A stretch of DNA of 64,000 bases from NCBI GenBank assembly GCA_963722385.1, contig CAVRKK010000002.1, forward strand, positions 1,056,001 to 1,120,000, read 5' to 3'. Under the pieces are notes generated by a model. It had not been told where the DNA came from and did no database searches. It saw only the letters and a program-made list of their open reading frames with translations. Shown here piece after piece: positions 19,836 through 30,734 of this stretch. Positions within the stretch are counted from its first letter, which is position 1, and each line of letters opens with the position of its first letter. Both the position numbers and the translations under genes were made by a program. Source of the stretch: an uncultured bacterium (lineage in GTDB: Bacteria; Babelota; Babeliae; Babelales; Babelaceae).

Positions 19836-19988
19836 AAATAGTTGACATGTGGTAGAAGAATAACATCAAAAATACCAAGAGGAAATCATCACGTGATTTG
19901 AGCAGTTGGCTCTGTTAAAATAGAAGTGCTTGGGGAGCTTGTCCAAGATTACGAAGTAATCAAATCTGTAATAGGGCTTGGTTATACG
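19836..19988 (+). pseudogene. Degenerate duplicate of the yjjX promoter and first ~35 codons (intact copy 22427-22586)
   Basis: Shared CATCAAAAATACCAAGAGGAAA, GCAGTTGGCTC, GTTAAAATAGAAG and CCAAGATTACGAAGTAATCAAATCTG. Confidence 0.88.
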
Positions 19989-20333
19989 GTGCGTCCCTTA
20001 CAGGCTTTCCCGACGAGCAGGCCGCAAAAACCGTCGCATAAATAAAGCGTTTTTCGAGGGTGCGTAACCGTTTTTTCAAGCCAGAATTTGCACTTCGTAC
20101 GCAATATCATCGACAAAACCTATTACATTGAGAATAAGTTTAATCAATCAGGATTGTGATAAGAAAGCAGGAGGCCTGGACGCTTAGAGCCTGATTGGTC
20201 TTTTTGCAGAAGCAAAAGACTCCTCGTTAAAGAAGAGCCTGCTTGTAAAAATTTGCTCATTGTATTTATTATTGCTATAGTAAATAGAAAGAAGACAATA
20301 AATAAAAAAATATTGCATAAAAGGCGATAATCA

Positions 20334-22343
20334 ATGGGCAAAAAATTACTTTTCTTGGGGCTTTTTTTAGCAAGCCTTAGTCTTTTTTATCAAGCGCAAT
20401 CAATGGAGGTTGAAGAATCAGAAGAGGTTCAACCACTTGAGGAACCTGATCAAGAAAGCCATGGAGCATATGCACCGCAAGGCTTTCTTGGGCAGTTCGA
20501 TGCTAACGGGTTTCAACAGCATTTAGCGAGTCTTGATTTTTCACAGCAGCAAAAACTGTTTAAAGAATATATAGAACTTAAACAGATCGAGCCGCTCAAG
20601 GAAATGTTGGCCAAGAACCCAGCCCTGGCGTATAGAACTGGCGAATTTGGCAAAACAGCCTTACGTTGGGCACTTTTATGCGGTAATACGCCTATTGTGG
20701 AGCTTTTGCTATCGCGTCAAAGCAATGTGAACACGAGAGAAAATGCTGAAAATTTTCAAATGGCTATTAAGAAGCAGAATGAGCATATCATTGATTTATT
20801 CCTTGCACATGGTGCCCATATAAATATCCGAAGTACAAACCCATTACAGTGTGCTTTTGCTTATGATGTTCTTAAAAATGCAAAAACCCGGAGCGCGCGA
20901 GCAACCGCAGACCGAATAATTCTTAAGCTTGTCAAGCTGCTCCTTGAAGGCAAAAATACTAATTCGAGGGGCGGATTGTCTGTATTTCGGATGCTCGAAC
21001 CGTATGCATGTTTTCTTCTACGCGTAATCGCGGCGCAGGGGGATGACGCTTCTTTGTTAGAGCGATTATGCAAATCTTCTAAAGAGCTGAAACATCCTTT
21101 GATTAAAGATATTAATCTTTCTGATCCTGCCGGCAATACGATGCTGCATTATGCAGTTATCTTCAATCGCCCAGCAATCCTGGAATTTGTTTTGAGCCGT
21201 AAAGAGCTTGATGTCAATAAGGCAAATAAGCTCGGCCAAACTGCTTTAGCCATAGCGCAAGAAAAGGGTAATAATATTATCGTTGAAGCTTTAATGAGAA
21301 GAGGGGCTACTCCTCAGGTTGGGCAGACTATGGAGGTTGAAGAGGCAGAAGAAGTTATAATAGAAAGAAAAGTAGAAAATGATGAATTGGATACCCAGAG
21401 GGTAAATGACCTTGGCGTAACTGCGTTATTGATGGCCCAGATTAACGACGATACGCCCGCGCTGCATGCTTTAACCAATAGGGAGACCACCCAGGGAATG
21501 ATACCAGAAGAAGCCGCCGTAAGAGCCCAAGAGGTAGGAGCGGTAGACCAACAAGAAGATAGAGCAGAAATGCAGATGGCGGATGATACTCCTCCAGCTC
21601 AAGCAGTTATAGAAATAGACGATACGGAAGATACCGTAATAGAGGAAGGAACAGTACAATTAACACCTGAAACCTCCCGCGTTTTCATGAATGTCCAAGC
21701 AGGGGAAGAACAAGAAGAGCAAACAGCTCAAGAGACGCTGAGTGAGGATCGCCCCCCGATTATTTATGGCAACCAAACGGAGCTGGATCGTGCTTTTGAT
21801 TTAATTGGGCAAGCATCTGATCTACGAAGCAAACTGGCTGCACAGAGGATAATCATTAAGTGCGTTAAAGCCTTGCTGAAAGATCGTGCCTATTCAAGGG
21901 AATCGGTACGTGGCATCATTCAACCACATCGTTGGCGTATTCTGTGCTTACTTGCTTTACATGGTGATGACAGTTCCTTAGTAGACCAATTACTACAGCT
22001 TACTAACGCTGAAAAATGCGTCGATGATATTAATCACACCGATCAGTACGGTAATTCGGTCCTTCACTTTGCAGCCCAGTTCACGCGCCATCGCATACTT
22101 TCTGCCCTCTTGGCATATAAAGAACTTGCTCTTGACCGGCGCAATAATCTTGGTCTTACCCCTTTAATGATAGCCGCGATGAATGATGATATCCCTATGA
22201 TAGCAACACTGTTCGGCGCTGGCGCCAATGTTAATCAGCGTCATCCGGAATCTGGTGAAAATATCTTCGAGCGCTGTGCATTGTCATTACAATCACATAT
22301 TCATCGCTCTAGAAATAAAGGAACAGGAAACAGCCAGCTGTAA
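20334..22343 (+). CDS. Secreted ankyrin-repeat protein with internal duplication
   Basis: Signal peptide then SMEVEE; GKTALRWA, GNTMLHYA, GNSVLHFA and GLTPLMIA repeats. Confidence 0.9.
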   Translation: MGKKLLFLGLFLASLSLFYQAQSMEVEESEEVQPLEEPDQESHGAYAPQGFLGQFDANGFQQHLASLDFSQQQKLFKEYIELKQIEPLKEMLAKNPALAYRTGEFGKTALRWALLCGNTPIVELLLSRQSNVNTRENAENFQMAIKKQNEHIIDLFLAHGAHINIRSTNPLQCAFAYDVLKNAKTRSARATADRIILKLVKLLLEGKNTNSRGGLSVFRMLEPYACFLLRVIAAQGDDASLLERLCKSSKELKHPLIKDINLSDPAGNTMLHYAVIFNRPAILEFVLSRKELDVNKANKLGQTALAIAQEKGNNIIVEALMRRGATPQVGQTMEVEEAEEVIIERKVENDELDTQRVNDLGVTALLMAQINDDTPALHALTNRETTQGMIPEEAAVRAQEVGAVDQQEDRAEMQMADDTPPAQAVIEIDDTEDTVIEEGTVQLTPETSRVFMNVQAGEEQEEQTAQETLSEDRPPIIYGNQTELDRAFDLIGQASDLRSKLAAQRIIIKCVKALLKDRAYSRESVRGIIQPHRWRILCLLALHGDDSSLVDQLLQLTNAEKCVDDINHTDQYGNSVLHFAAQFTRHRILSALLAYKELALDRRNNLGLTPLMIAAMNDDIPMIATLFGAGANVNQRHPESGENIFERCALSLQSHIHRSRNKGTGNSQL

Positions 22344-22479
22344 ACCTTTGCTCATGGTATTTATTGTTGCTATAGCAAGCAAGGACTTATCAATAAGGAC
22401 TTATTGGTCGTTTGACAAAAAACGTTAAATAGTCGAACATATGGTAGAATACTAGCATCAAAAATACCAAGAGGAAAGC

Positions 22480-23025
22480 ATGATTCTGGCAGTTGGCTCC
22501 ACAAACCGCGTTAAAATAGAAGCGCTTGAGGAGCTTGCCCAAGATTACGAAGTAATCAAATCTGCAAAAGTGCTTGGTTATGCAGTAGCATCTGGGGTAT
22601 CAAATCAACCGCTTTCATTATCAGAGACCATTCAAGGTGCTAAAAATCGAGCTCAAGCAGCTTTTGAGCAGTGCTTAAACTGTTCATATAGCTTTGGCAT
22701 GGAAAGTGGCTTGCTTGAGGCACCAGGAACTAACACTGGTTTTCTAGAAGCTGGTGTTTGCTGTATTTACGATGGCAATAGGTGCTATACCGGGCTTTCT
22801 TGTGGGTTCGAGCTACCACCGCGAATTCTTAAGCTCATTATGCATGAAACCATCGAGTTACAAGCTGCCTGTTATCGCTCTGGTATTACTGATAACCAAA
22901 CACTCGGCGCAGCAGAAGGACTGGTTGGTCTTTTGACAAAAGGTAGAATCGACCGCAAAAAATATACGAAGCAGAGTATTATTATGGCATTGTCGCAGCT
23001 CGAGAATACGTCGTGGTATGAATAA
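22480..23025 (+). CDS. yjjX: Non-canonical purine NTP phosphatase (inosine/xanthosine triphosphatase)
   Basis: VGSTN.VKI, SGVSNQP, GAKNRA, GMESG, GLVGLLT.GRIDR. Confidence 0.9.
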   Translation: MILAVGSTNRVKIEALEELAQDYEVIKSAKVLGYAVASGVSNQPLSLSETIQGAKNRAQAAFEQCLNCSYSFGMESGLLEAPGTNTGFLEAGVCCIYDGNRCYTGLSCGFELPPRILKLIMHETIELQAACYRSGITDNQTLGAAEGLVGLLTKGRIDRKKYTKQSIIMALSQLENTSWYE

Positions 23026-23128
23026 ATCTAAATAGCTTAATAGCTGATTCTTTTTGCCATTTTTATGGTATTATGGAGTGTCTCACGCTAATATGGAAGT
23101 TTCATTCTTAATGCTTTTAAGGAGTCGT

Positions 23129-23536
23129 ATGGTACGATCGTATTTTTTTGTTGCCGGTACGCTTTTAGCATTGTCCAGCCTAGCCTCATATGGCCAGGTG
23201 GGCGAAACGGCCGCTGTTTTTGGTGACACCCTTATATGCATGGCTGACGAAACAAAAGTCTCTTCGGAAAGCGGAGACGTAATCCGACTTAGCCGTGCTC
23301 AAGCGCACCTGTTAGAATATGGGTATAGGATTTCCTCCTCGTTCAATAATCGTGCAATACTGATAGTACCGCAAGAAACAGTGGATTTGCTGGTTAATAT
23401 ACTCATTGGTTCTGGTGTAGGAGCAGGTGTCGTAAGCATCGCAGGAATTTTATATATTATCTATCTCCAGGGCAAGCTTGCTCGTCACCAAAATCAGCCT
23501 GCCAATAGGGTAATTTTCCAAACTAAAGCTCATTAA
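23129..23536 (+). CDS. Small protein with signal peptide and C-terminal TM helix
   Basis: AAGGAG RBS; hydrophobic N-terminus; ILIGSGVGAGVVSIAGILYIIYL. Confidence 0.65.
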   Translation: MVRSYFFVAGTLLALSSLASYGQVGETAAVFGDTLICMADETKVSSESGDVIRLSRAQAHLLEYGYRISSSFNNRAILIVPQETVDLLVNILIGSGVGAGVVSIAGILYIIYLQGKLARHQNQPANRVIFQTKAH

Positions 23537-24124
23537 GGCACACTCTGCGCCACCTAGATTTTCTAAGGCCGAATAGGTGTGACGTTCTATCTCTGCTATA
23601 CGCTGGTACCACAGCCACGAGAGCCGTTTGTTTGGTGGTATTCTGCGGCCTTAGAGCTCGTCCTTTGGACTGGCTGTTTTATCCAATAAACAAGCGTATG
23701 ATTTTGCTTGAAGGGCTGGCATCTTTCTGCAGTGTGAGCCAGGCAAACGTATAGGTGAGCAAATTGTATATAGATTCTTTACCTTAGTTTACGAAAAAAA
23801 ATGTTGATACCTGGGTATATTAATGCTTGTTGAGGCTAAAGCTGCGTGCTTTGGCAGAGGAAATTGCTGAGCGATTTCCTGCTGATACCCCAAGCTCTTC
23901 TCAAACAATGAGTTCGAGTGAGATACAAGCACTTATTATAGGGCTTGTGCAACAGCTTTCGACGGGAAATGCTGGTTAGGTATGACAGGAGCAAGTAAAT
24001 ATAAATAGCTTGTGGAAGCGGAAAGGCGATATTTTTATGTGTCGACCAACTAAGCAAGTGAAGGGGTAACCAAAGCATTGCTTGTGTTTGTGGTATATTA
24101 ATAGAAAGCCCACGCAAAAGTTGA

Positions 24125-25168
<1,044 letters not shown>

Positions 25169-25187
25169 CTATAAAAAGGGGAGTACG

Positions 25188-26480
25188 GTGAAGAATGCAG
25201 CACTTTTTCCTGATGACCATGTTTATTGGTATCTATCTCAAGCTTCAGCCCGTCAAGTAACGAACGACATACAGGTGGATGTTGCGGTCGTAGGGGGAGG
25301 TATGGCTGGCCTGAGTGCGGCACAGTGCTTCCGGCAAAAGGGCTTTTCTGTAGCCCTTTTAGAGAAAACTTACTGCGGTGCTGGTGCGAGCGGTAAAAGC
25401 TCCGGCTTTATAACCAGCAATTCGGAATTTGCCTTAATTGATTTTATTCGGCTTTTTGGCAAGGAAGCGGCGTTACAGCTGTGGCAATTTGCTGAATCGG
25501 GTGTTGCTTTTATAAAGAAAAATATCGAGGACTTTGGCATTCACGCTGATTATCAGGTACAAGATACGCTTGTTGTTGCTACGAATGACCGAAAGTTTCG
25601 ACGTTTCATAGAGACCGAGCATCATGCCCGGCAAGAGTTCTCGTATCCTAGTAAGCTCTATGTACGCGATACGCTCGCTAAACTTCTTAACTCGCCATCA
25701 TATAGCGGTGGTATTATTTATGGGAATAGCTTTGGGATCAACGGGTACTTATATTGCCAAGGCATGAAGCGGGTTCTTGGCGAGCATGGCGTTGACATTT
25801 ACGAAGAAACGCCGGTTATTGGCGTTGATGCTTCCGGACTTCGGACGCCCGGGGGATTGGTAAAAGCAGATCAGATAGTATTCTGTATCGACCGTTTTTT
25901 GCCAGAGCTTGGTAAGCTAACGCATGAAATATACCACGCACAAACCTTTTTGATGATGTCATCGCCGCTTTCTGATGCTAATGTTCAAAAAATATTTCCT
26001 GAACGCCCGGTCATGGTATGGGATACTGATCTTATTTATCATTATTACCGACTTGCGGGACAAAACAGGCTCTTGTTAGGTGGTGGTAGCTTGTGGTCGA
26101 CGTATGCACGTCAGGCACAGCATGATAATGAGTATATGTATAAAAGTCTTAATAATTATGCCAAAAGTGCATTTCCAGAAGTTGATATTACGTTTGAATA
26201 TATGTGGCCAGGGCTTATCGGTATCACCAAAGATATTATGCCTATTGCGGGACCCGACCGTGATCTCAAGAATATTTATTATGTCTCAGGTGCGGCTGGC
26301 TTGCCATGGGCTGCGGCTTTAGGTAAGTACGCTGCTGAAAGTATCGTCGATAAAAAAAGCGACTTGGATACTTATTTTTCACCTTATCGTCGTTTTCCGC
26401 TCGGGCGCTTGATTCAGGCAGGAATCGGGACTCAATTAACCTTTGCTCTTTCTAATTTTTCCCAAATCAGCAGTCTGTGA
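25188..26480 (+). CDS. FAD-dependent oxidoreductase (DadA/PuuB-like)
   Basis: VVGGGMAGLSAA, GASGKSSG, W.G...T.D.MP; GTG start with GGGGAG RBS. Confidence 0.9.
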   Translation: MKNAALFPDDHVYWYLSQASARQVTNDIQVDVAVVGGGMAGLSAAQCFRQKGFSVALLEKTYCGAGASGKSSGFITSNSEFALIDFIRLFGKEAALQLWQFAESGVAFIKKNIEDFGIHADYQVQDTLVVATNDRKFRRFIETEHHARQEFSYPSKLYVRDTLAKLLNSPSYSGGIIYGNSFGINGYLYCQGMKRVLGEHGVDIYEETPVIGVDASGLRTPGGLVKADQIVFCIDRFLPELGKLTHEIYHAQTFLMMSSPLSDANVQKIFPERPVMVWDTDLIYHYYRLAGQNRLLLGGGSLWSTYARQAQHDNEYMYKSLNNYAKSAFPEVDITFEYMWPGLIGITKDIMPIAGPDRDLKNIYYVSGAAGLPWAAALGKYAAESIVDKKSDLDTYFSPYRRFPLGRLIQAGIGTQLTFALSNFSQISSL

Positions 26481-26583
26481 AATCTGATTTTAAGCATGAA
26501 ATAAATTATCTCTTGTAATCGTTTTGCCAATAATGCTATTTTGATAAAAATAAATAACAAGAAGGGTAAAAGGAACGAATGCT

Positions 26584-26670
26584 ATGTGGATAAAGTTTCT
26601 GGTGGCCATGTGCTTGCTTAATATTTTGGTACTGGTAGTTTCTTATGCTCCTTGGTTATTCTATCGCTAA
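26584..26670 (+). CDS. Possible 28-aa hydrophobic small protein
   Basis: MWIKFLVAMCLLNILVLVVSYAPWLFYR with AAGGAA upstream. Confidence 0.3.
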   Translation: MWIKFLVAMCLLNILVLVVSYAPWLFYR

Positions 26671-26728
26671 TGCCTCTTGTGTCACGCCGCTATGAGGTGG
26701 TAAACTGCTCACCTAAGGGAGAATAAGC

Positions 26729-27343
26729 ATGAAATTCATGGAAGAAAAGATAGCATGTTGGCGCAATAATGATCAGGTAAGGCTTGGTGTCTCGGTTGCC
26801 CTGGGACTCATCTTTCTTTTATTATTTGCGTATACAATTTATTATTTTTGGGGGCAAGCTCGTCGTGCTGTTGACGAGACCATTGTGGAGCACATCACCA
26901 AGCTTGTTGAAATTTTTCATGAGATTGACAAAGAGTGCAAAATTTTAGGATTTGATCAAGATAAGACTCCTATTAATTTTTTGAACGTTCAAAATTTCTC
27001 AGGTTCAGAAGTTGGAGGCATGCACCTTATGTATCCGGAGAAATGGCGGGGGCCCTATCTTGAGAGCAATCTGGTAGTTCAAGGAATTCATTATTACGTA
27101 CTTAAAACCGAGCAAAATGTGACGTATATCGTGCCAGGAGATGGCGTGCGGCTCGGCAATGGTAAAGTATTTGGCAAAGATATTATTATTACTAAGCAAA
27201 CAGACATTGAGGCATTGCTCAGCCATGATCCAGCGCTTGCCTATAAAGGACATCCGCTTATCATACCCTTGCCGCTTGAATCGCGTGAGCAAATGCTTGC
27301 AAAACTACGCATTAAAGCATATGGGGCAGTGTTGGGTGAATAG
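26729..27343 (+). CDS. Single-TM protein with a GspG/pseudopilin-like motif
   Basis: N-terminal TM followed by a long helix and PEKWRGPYL, like the W.GPYL motif of GspG. Confidence 0.6.
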   Translation: MKFMEEKIACWRNNDQVRLGVSVALGLIFLLLFAYTIYYFWGQARRAVDETIVEHITKLVEIFHEIDKECKILGFDQDKTPINFLNVQNFSGSEVGGMHLMYPEKWRGPYLESNLVVQGIHYYVLKTEQNVTYIVPGDGVRLGNGKVFGKDIIITKQTDIEALLSHDPALAYKGHPLIIPLPLESREQMLAKLRIKAYGAVLGE

Positions 27344-27821
27344 GCACGGTTCTGTATTGAGCAGTTTATTTTGCCATCAGGACACTCGTTAAGGTATCAA
27401 AATTTTCAGACTTCTGCTGCAAGAACTGGATATCCAAACCTAAAGGTTGAGCTTCTCAGTGCTTTGGCTCACCTGAGCTGAACCGCCTACGATGCGCTCT
27501 CATATCTTCCAATCTTACGATAAATTTAAAGCCCTCATATCCCAACCGGGTTGGTACATAGCGGGGCTTCTCTATAAAAATGGAGCGCGCGTGAGACTAA
27601 TAGGATCAATTTAGCTTATTTCCTCATGAGCTTATTCAAGGAGCGTTGCTTCCGTTTGTCTATCGTGGCGGAGGCTCAAATAAGTAAATTTTGTTCATGA
27701 AAATTAAGCTCCTGGTAAAAAGCAGAAACTTTTTCGTAGGAAGTTGAGCTATTTTTGCATAGGTTCTGCAGGTAGCAGTTTAATTTTTTTGTTCCTGAAT
27801 GCATCACTTAGGTGCCGCCAT

Positions 27822-27921
27822 ACTTCGCTAAGGCTTCAGTTGGCACGCCAGTCTTCAGGTAATACCTAAAATATTTAAATCTAAAATGGACAAAAGCTGG
27901 CCGCCGAAGCTGTAGCGTAGG
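27822..27921. repeat. Inverted pair of REP-like elements
   Basis: ACTTCGCTAAGGCTTCAGTTGGC and GCTGGCCGCCGAAGCTGTAGCGTAGG; related copies at 54402-54463. Confidence 0.5.
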
Positions 27922-27966
27922 AAGACCATCTTCTTGTGTATTACGTGTATCTTGCTCAATCTACCC

Positions 27967-28032
27967 TTGTAAAAATAATCAGGCTTATTTATAATATGAT
28001 CTAAAGGTAAGAGTGAGTCTTACCTTTAGATC
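27967..28032 (+). promoter_or_regulatory. AbiE promoter with perfect operator palindrome
   Basis: TTGTAA-17-TATAAT followed by GATCTAAAGGTAAGA-gtgag-TCTTACCTTTAGATC (27998-28032). Confidence 0.8.
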
Positions 28033-28048
28033 CCCAAATAGGTTGATC

Positions 28049-28666
28049 ATGAAAAAAGGTTTTTTAAAAGATATTTTAAGGCTGAATCAGACGGTATATT
28101 CTTTTAAAGAGCTTGCTTTGCTTTGGCCAAATACCGAACCGAAAACACTCAAATCACGGTTACATTACTATGTTCAGGAAGGAGATCTTTATCATATTCG
28201 GCGTGGCTTATATGCTAAAGATAAAAAATACGATCGCTTTGAGCTTGCCACTAAGATTATGGCTCCTGCGTATATTAGTTTCGAATCAGTTCTAGTACCA
28301 GCAGGGATTATATTTCAACATTATAAGACTATTTTTGTTGCCTCAGACCAGTCAAAAGATATTCTTTGTGATGGCCAACTTTATTCTTTCACAAAGCTTA
28401 AATACTCACTTCTTACTGACGCGACGGGGATTGAGCTGCTTCAAAATTACAGTATAGCCAGCGCTGAAAGAGCTTTCCTAGATATTCTATACATCAATAA
28501 AAGTTACTATTTTGATAATCTGAGCCCACTTAATTGGAATAAAATCTATGAGATTCTACCAGTCTATAAGAACAAGAGCATGGCAAAAACAGTTGACCTC
28601 TACCATAAAACAGCGCAAGATATAGATGACAATCGATTCTACTCAACACAAAGATATCCTCATTAG
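28049..28666 (+). CDS. Type IV TA antitoxin, AbiEi-like
   Basis: wHTH (LYHIRRGLY), PAYISFESVL, IASAERAFLD. Confidence 0.88.
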   Translation: MKKGFLKDILRLNQTVYSFKELALLWPNTEPKTLKSRLHYYVQEGDLYHIRRGLYAKDKKYDRFELATKIMAPAYISFESVLVPAGIIFQHYKTIFVASDQSKDILCDGQLYSFTKLKYSLLTDATGIELLQNYSIASAERAFLDILYINKSYYFDNLSPLNWNKIYEILPVYKNKSMAKTVDLYHKTAQDIDDNRFYSTQRYPH

Positions 28667-29342
28667 GATACTCAAAGATATTTTTAGCAACCCAGCAATA
28701 GGCCCCTACCTTGGTTTTAAAGGAGGAACAGCCGCACTCCTTTTTTACGGATTGCCACGCTTTTCCGTGGATTTAGATTTCGATCTTCTTGATAGTACTA
28801 AAGAAAAACAGGTTTTCAACGAATGTAAAAGAACTTTAGAGAGCTATGGCATAGTGAAAGAGGCTCAAGATAAACGGTATAGCCTTTTCTTTCTTCTTTC
28901 TTACATCAATAAAAGACAGAATGCTTATAATATCAAGGTTGAGATTAATAAAAGAAATTTTGGATCTGAGTATGAGCTCAAACAATATCTTGGTATACTT
29001 ATGAAGGTCATGGTTCAAGCAGATATGGTAGCTCATAAAATGGTTGCAATGTACGAACGAATTGGAAAAGCCAACCGCGATATCTTCGATGTTTGGTTTT
29101 TCTTACACAATAATTGGCCTATCAATAAAAAAATTATCGAACAAAGAACACAGATGACATATAGCCAATTTTTGAAAAAGTGTATTGAGAATTTAGAAAA
29201 AATGAGTGACCGAAATATACTTTCCGGTATCGGCGAACTACTCGATGAAAAGCAGAAAGCTTGGGCTAAAGCAAAACTAAGAGCTGAAACGGTCTTCTTG
29301 CTTCAGTTAACGCTCAATAATGAGATCCAACAAACAACCTAA
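28626..29342 (+). CDS. Type IV TA toxin, AbiEii nucleotidyltransferase
   Basis: FKGGTA..LFYGLPRFSVDLDF, K..A...R...RDIFD. Confidence 0.92.
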   Translation: MTIDSTQHKDILIRILKDIFSNPAIGPYLGFKGGTAALLFYGLPRFSVDLDFDLLDSTKEKQVFNECKRTLESYGIVKEAQDKRYSLFFLLSYINKRQNAYNIKVEINKRNFGSEYELKQYLGILMKVMVQADMVAHKMVAMYERIGKANRDIFDVWFFLHNNWPINKKIIEQRTQMTYSQFLKKCIENLEKMSDRNILSGIGELLDEKQKAWAKAKLRAETVFLLQLTLNNEIQQTT

Positions 29343-29434
29343 GTGAAATTTCACTTCCTTATTCCGCGTCAATTAAGTACCAGCCAGCTTTATTTCTTAA
29401 AGAACGTCAGCTGGTTATTCTAGTCCCTTTAGAA

Positions 29435-30573
29435 CAGGACTTCCGCTAATTGGTGAAAAATCTGGTTAGGATTGACATTTAAGAAAATAAGAGCTCCAAT
29501 AATGTTGTTCAAAACAAAAAGGAGCTCTTAATGTTGCTTATAAGCGAACAAAAATCAACATATCCACTTGCGTTGCTTTTGTCTAGCGGTAAAAAAACTT
29601 GCGAAGGAATGGGCAGATTATTGAGCAAAAGTGGCGATTCAATCATAAGATTGCTAGAGCGCCATGTGACAACAATCGACCAATTAATAGATTTTGCAAA
29701 ATTTATCTTCAAGAACAAAGACTTATACCTTGTTTTACATGATACGTTTATAGAAAAAATGTACTCTGTAGCTATAGAAGGTACAAGCGATAACAGGGAT
29801 CATTCAAACGGGACAGTTTATCGTTCATTGTGTTCAATAGTAGCCATGATAACCGATGGAAAAAGCGGCATAGCAATAGATCATAGATTGTGGGCATCAA
29901 AAGAAGTAGTTCAAATCAGCTATAAAAGCAAGACAGAACTCGCTCAGGACCTTATAGAAAGCATTACTGCTAGAATAGCGGTTAAACTAGTCATAATGGA
30001 TGGACTTTATGCAACAGAAAGCCTGATTCAATGGCTATCTAGCGCAAACATATTTTTCGAAATGCGCTTCCATTCGAATAGAAGGCTTAAAAGCAGCGAT
30101 GGTAATACATTCGTAATTAGGGACTGCCCTGGCTTAAAGCTTAAGGGAAGAAAGAAAAGCGTGACTATAACAGCTTATTGGAAAAATATATCTCTCTTTT
30201 TTACTGCTGTGAAAAGGAAAGCAAAAGATGGTTACGTTGTTCTTTACCAAGTAAGCAATTATTCGACCTCTTCTGCTCATCACAAACTGCTTTATTCTTA
30301 CAGATGGAATATAGAGATGTTTTTTAGAACCGCAAAACAATATCTAAAATTACAAGATTGCCAGTCAAGAAAATTGAAGCTGCAAAAAATCATACCATGA
30401 ATGTTTTTCTTGCTTACGCATTACTACAGTCCAAACGCATTAAGCAAAGAATTGCTAACCAAGAAATTGCTCTTAGACGCATTAAAGACCATTTCTTAAG
30501 CAACTCGTCATTTCCCTTTTCAGCTGGCCATCAGATCTTTCGTCATTTTCAAGCTCTTTATGCGTAACTCCTG
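29435..30573 (+). mobile_element. IS701/IS4-like insertion sequence
   Basis: Ends CAGGACTTCCGC and GCGTAACTCCTG (rc CAGGAGTTACGC) bracket a DDE transposase; no clear target duplication. Confidence 0.75.
29531..30567 (+). pseudogene. IS701-like transposase, frameshifted at the A6 run ~30384-30389
   Basis: LHDT..EK, MDGLYA, Y.YRWNIEMFFR.AKQ.L.L.DCQSR; the tail NHTMNVFLAYALLQ is in another frame. Confidence 0.8.
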
Positions 30574-30734
30574 CAGGCTTTCCTCTTGATTTTTGTTAAG
30601 AAAAAGTTAGGATAATAAACATCGAATAAGAAATATGAGTCAAAAAGTATTAAGTTGTTAAGAAGGAGATACTGGTATTGATCAACGTAATAAAAATCAA
30701 GTAAAAGATATCAACATTAAAGGGAGGGTTGCTA

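Noticed and set aside
30380..30400. Programmed frameshift in the IS701-like transposase
   Set aside because: It lies near the C-terminus in an A6 run, and the first DD motif reads HD; decay or sequencing error is more likely
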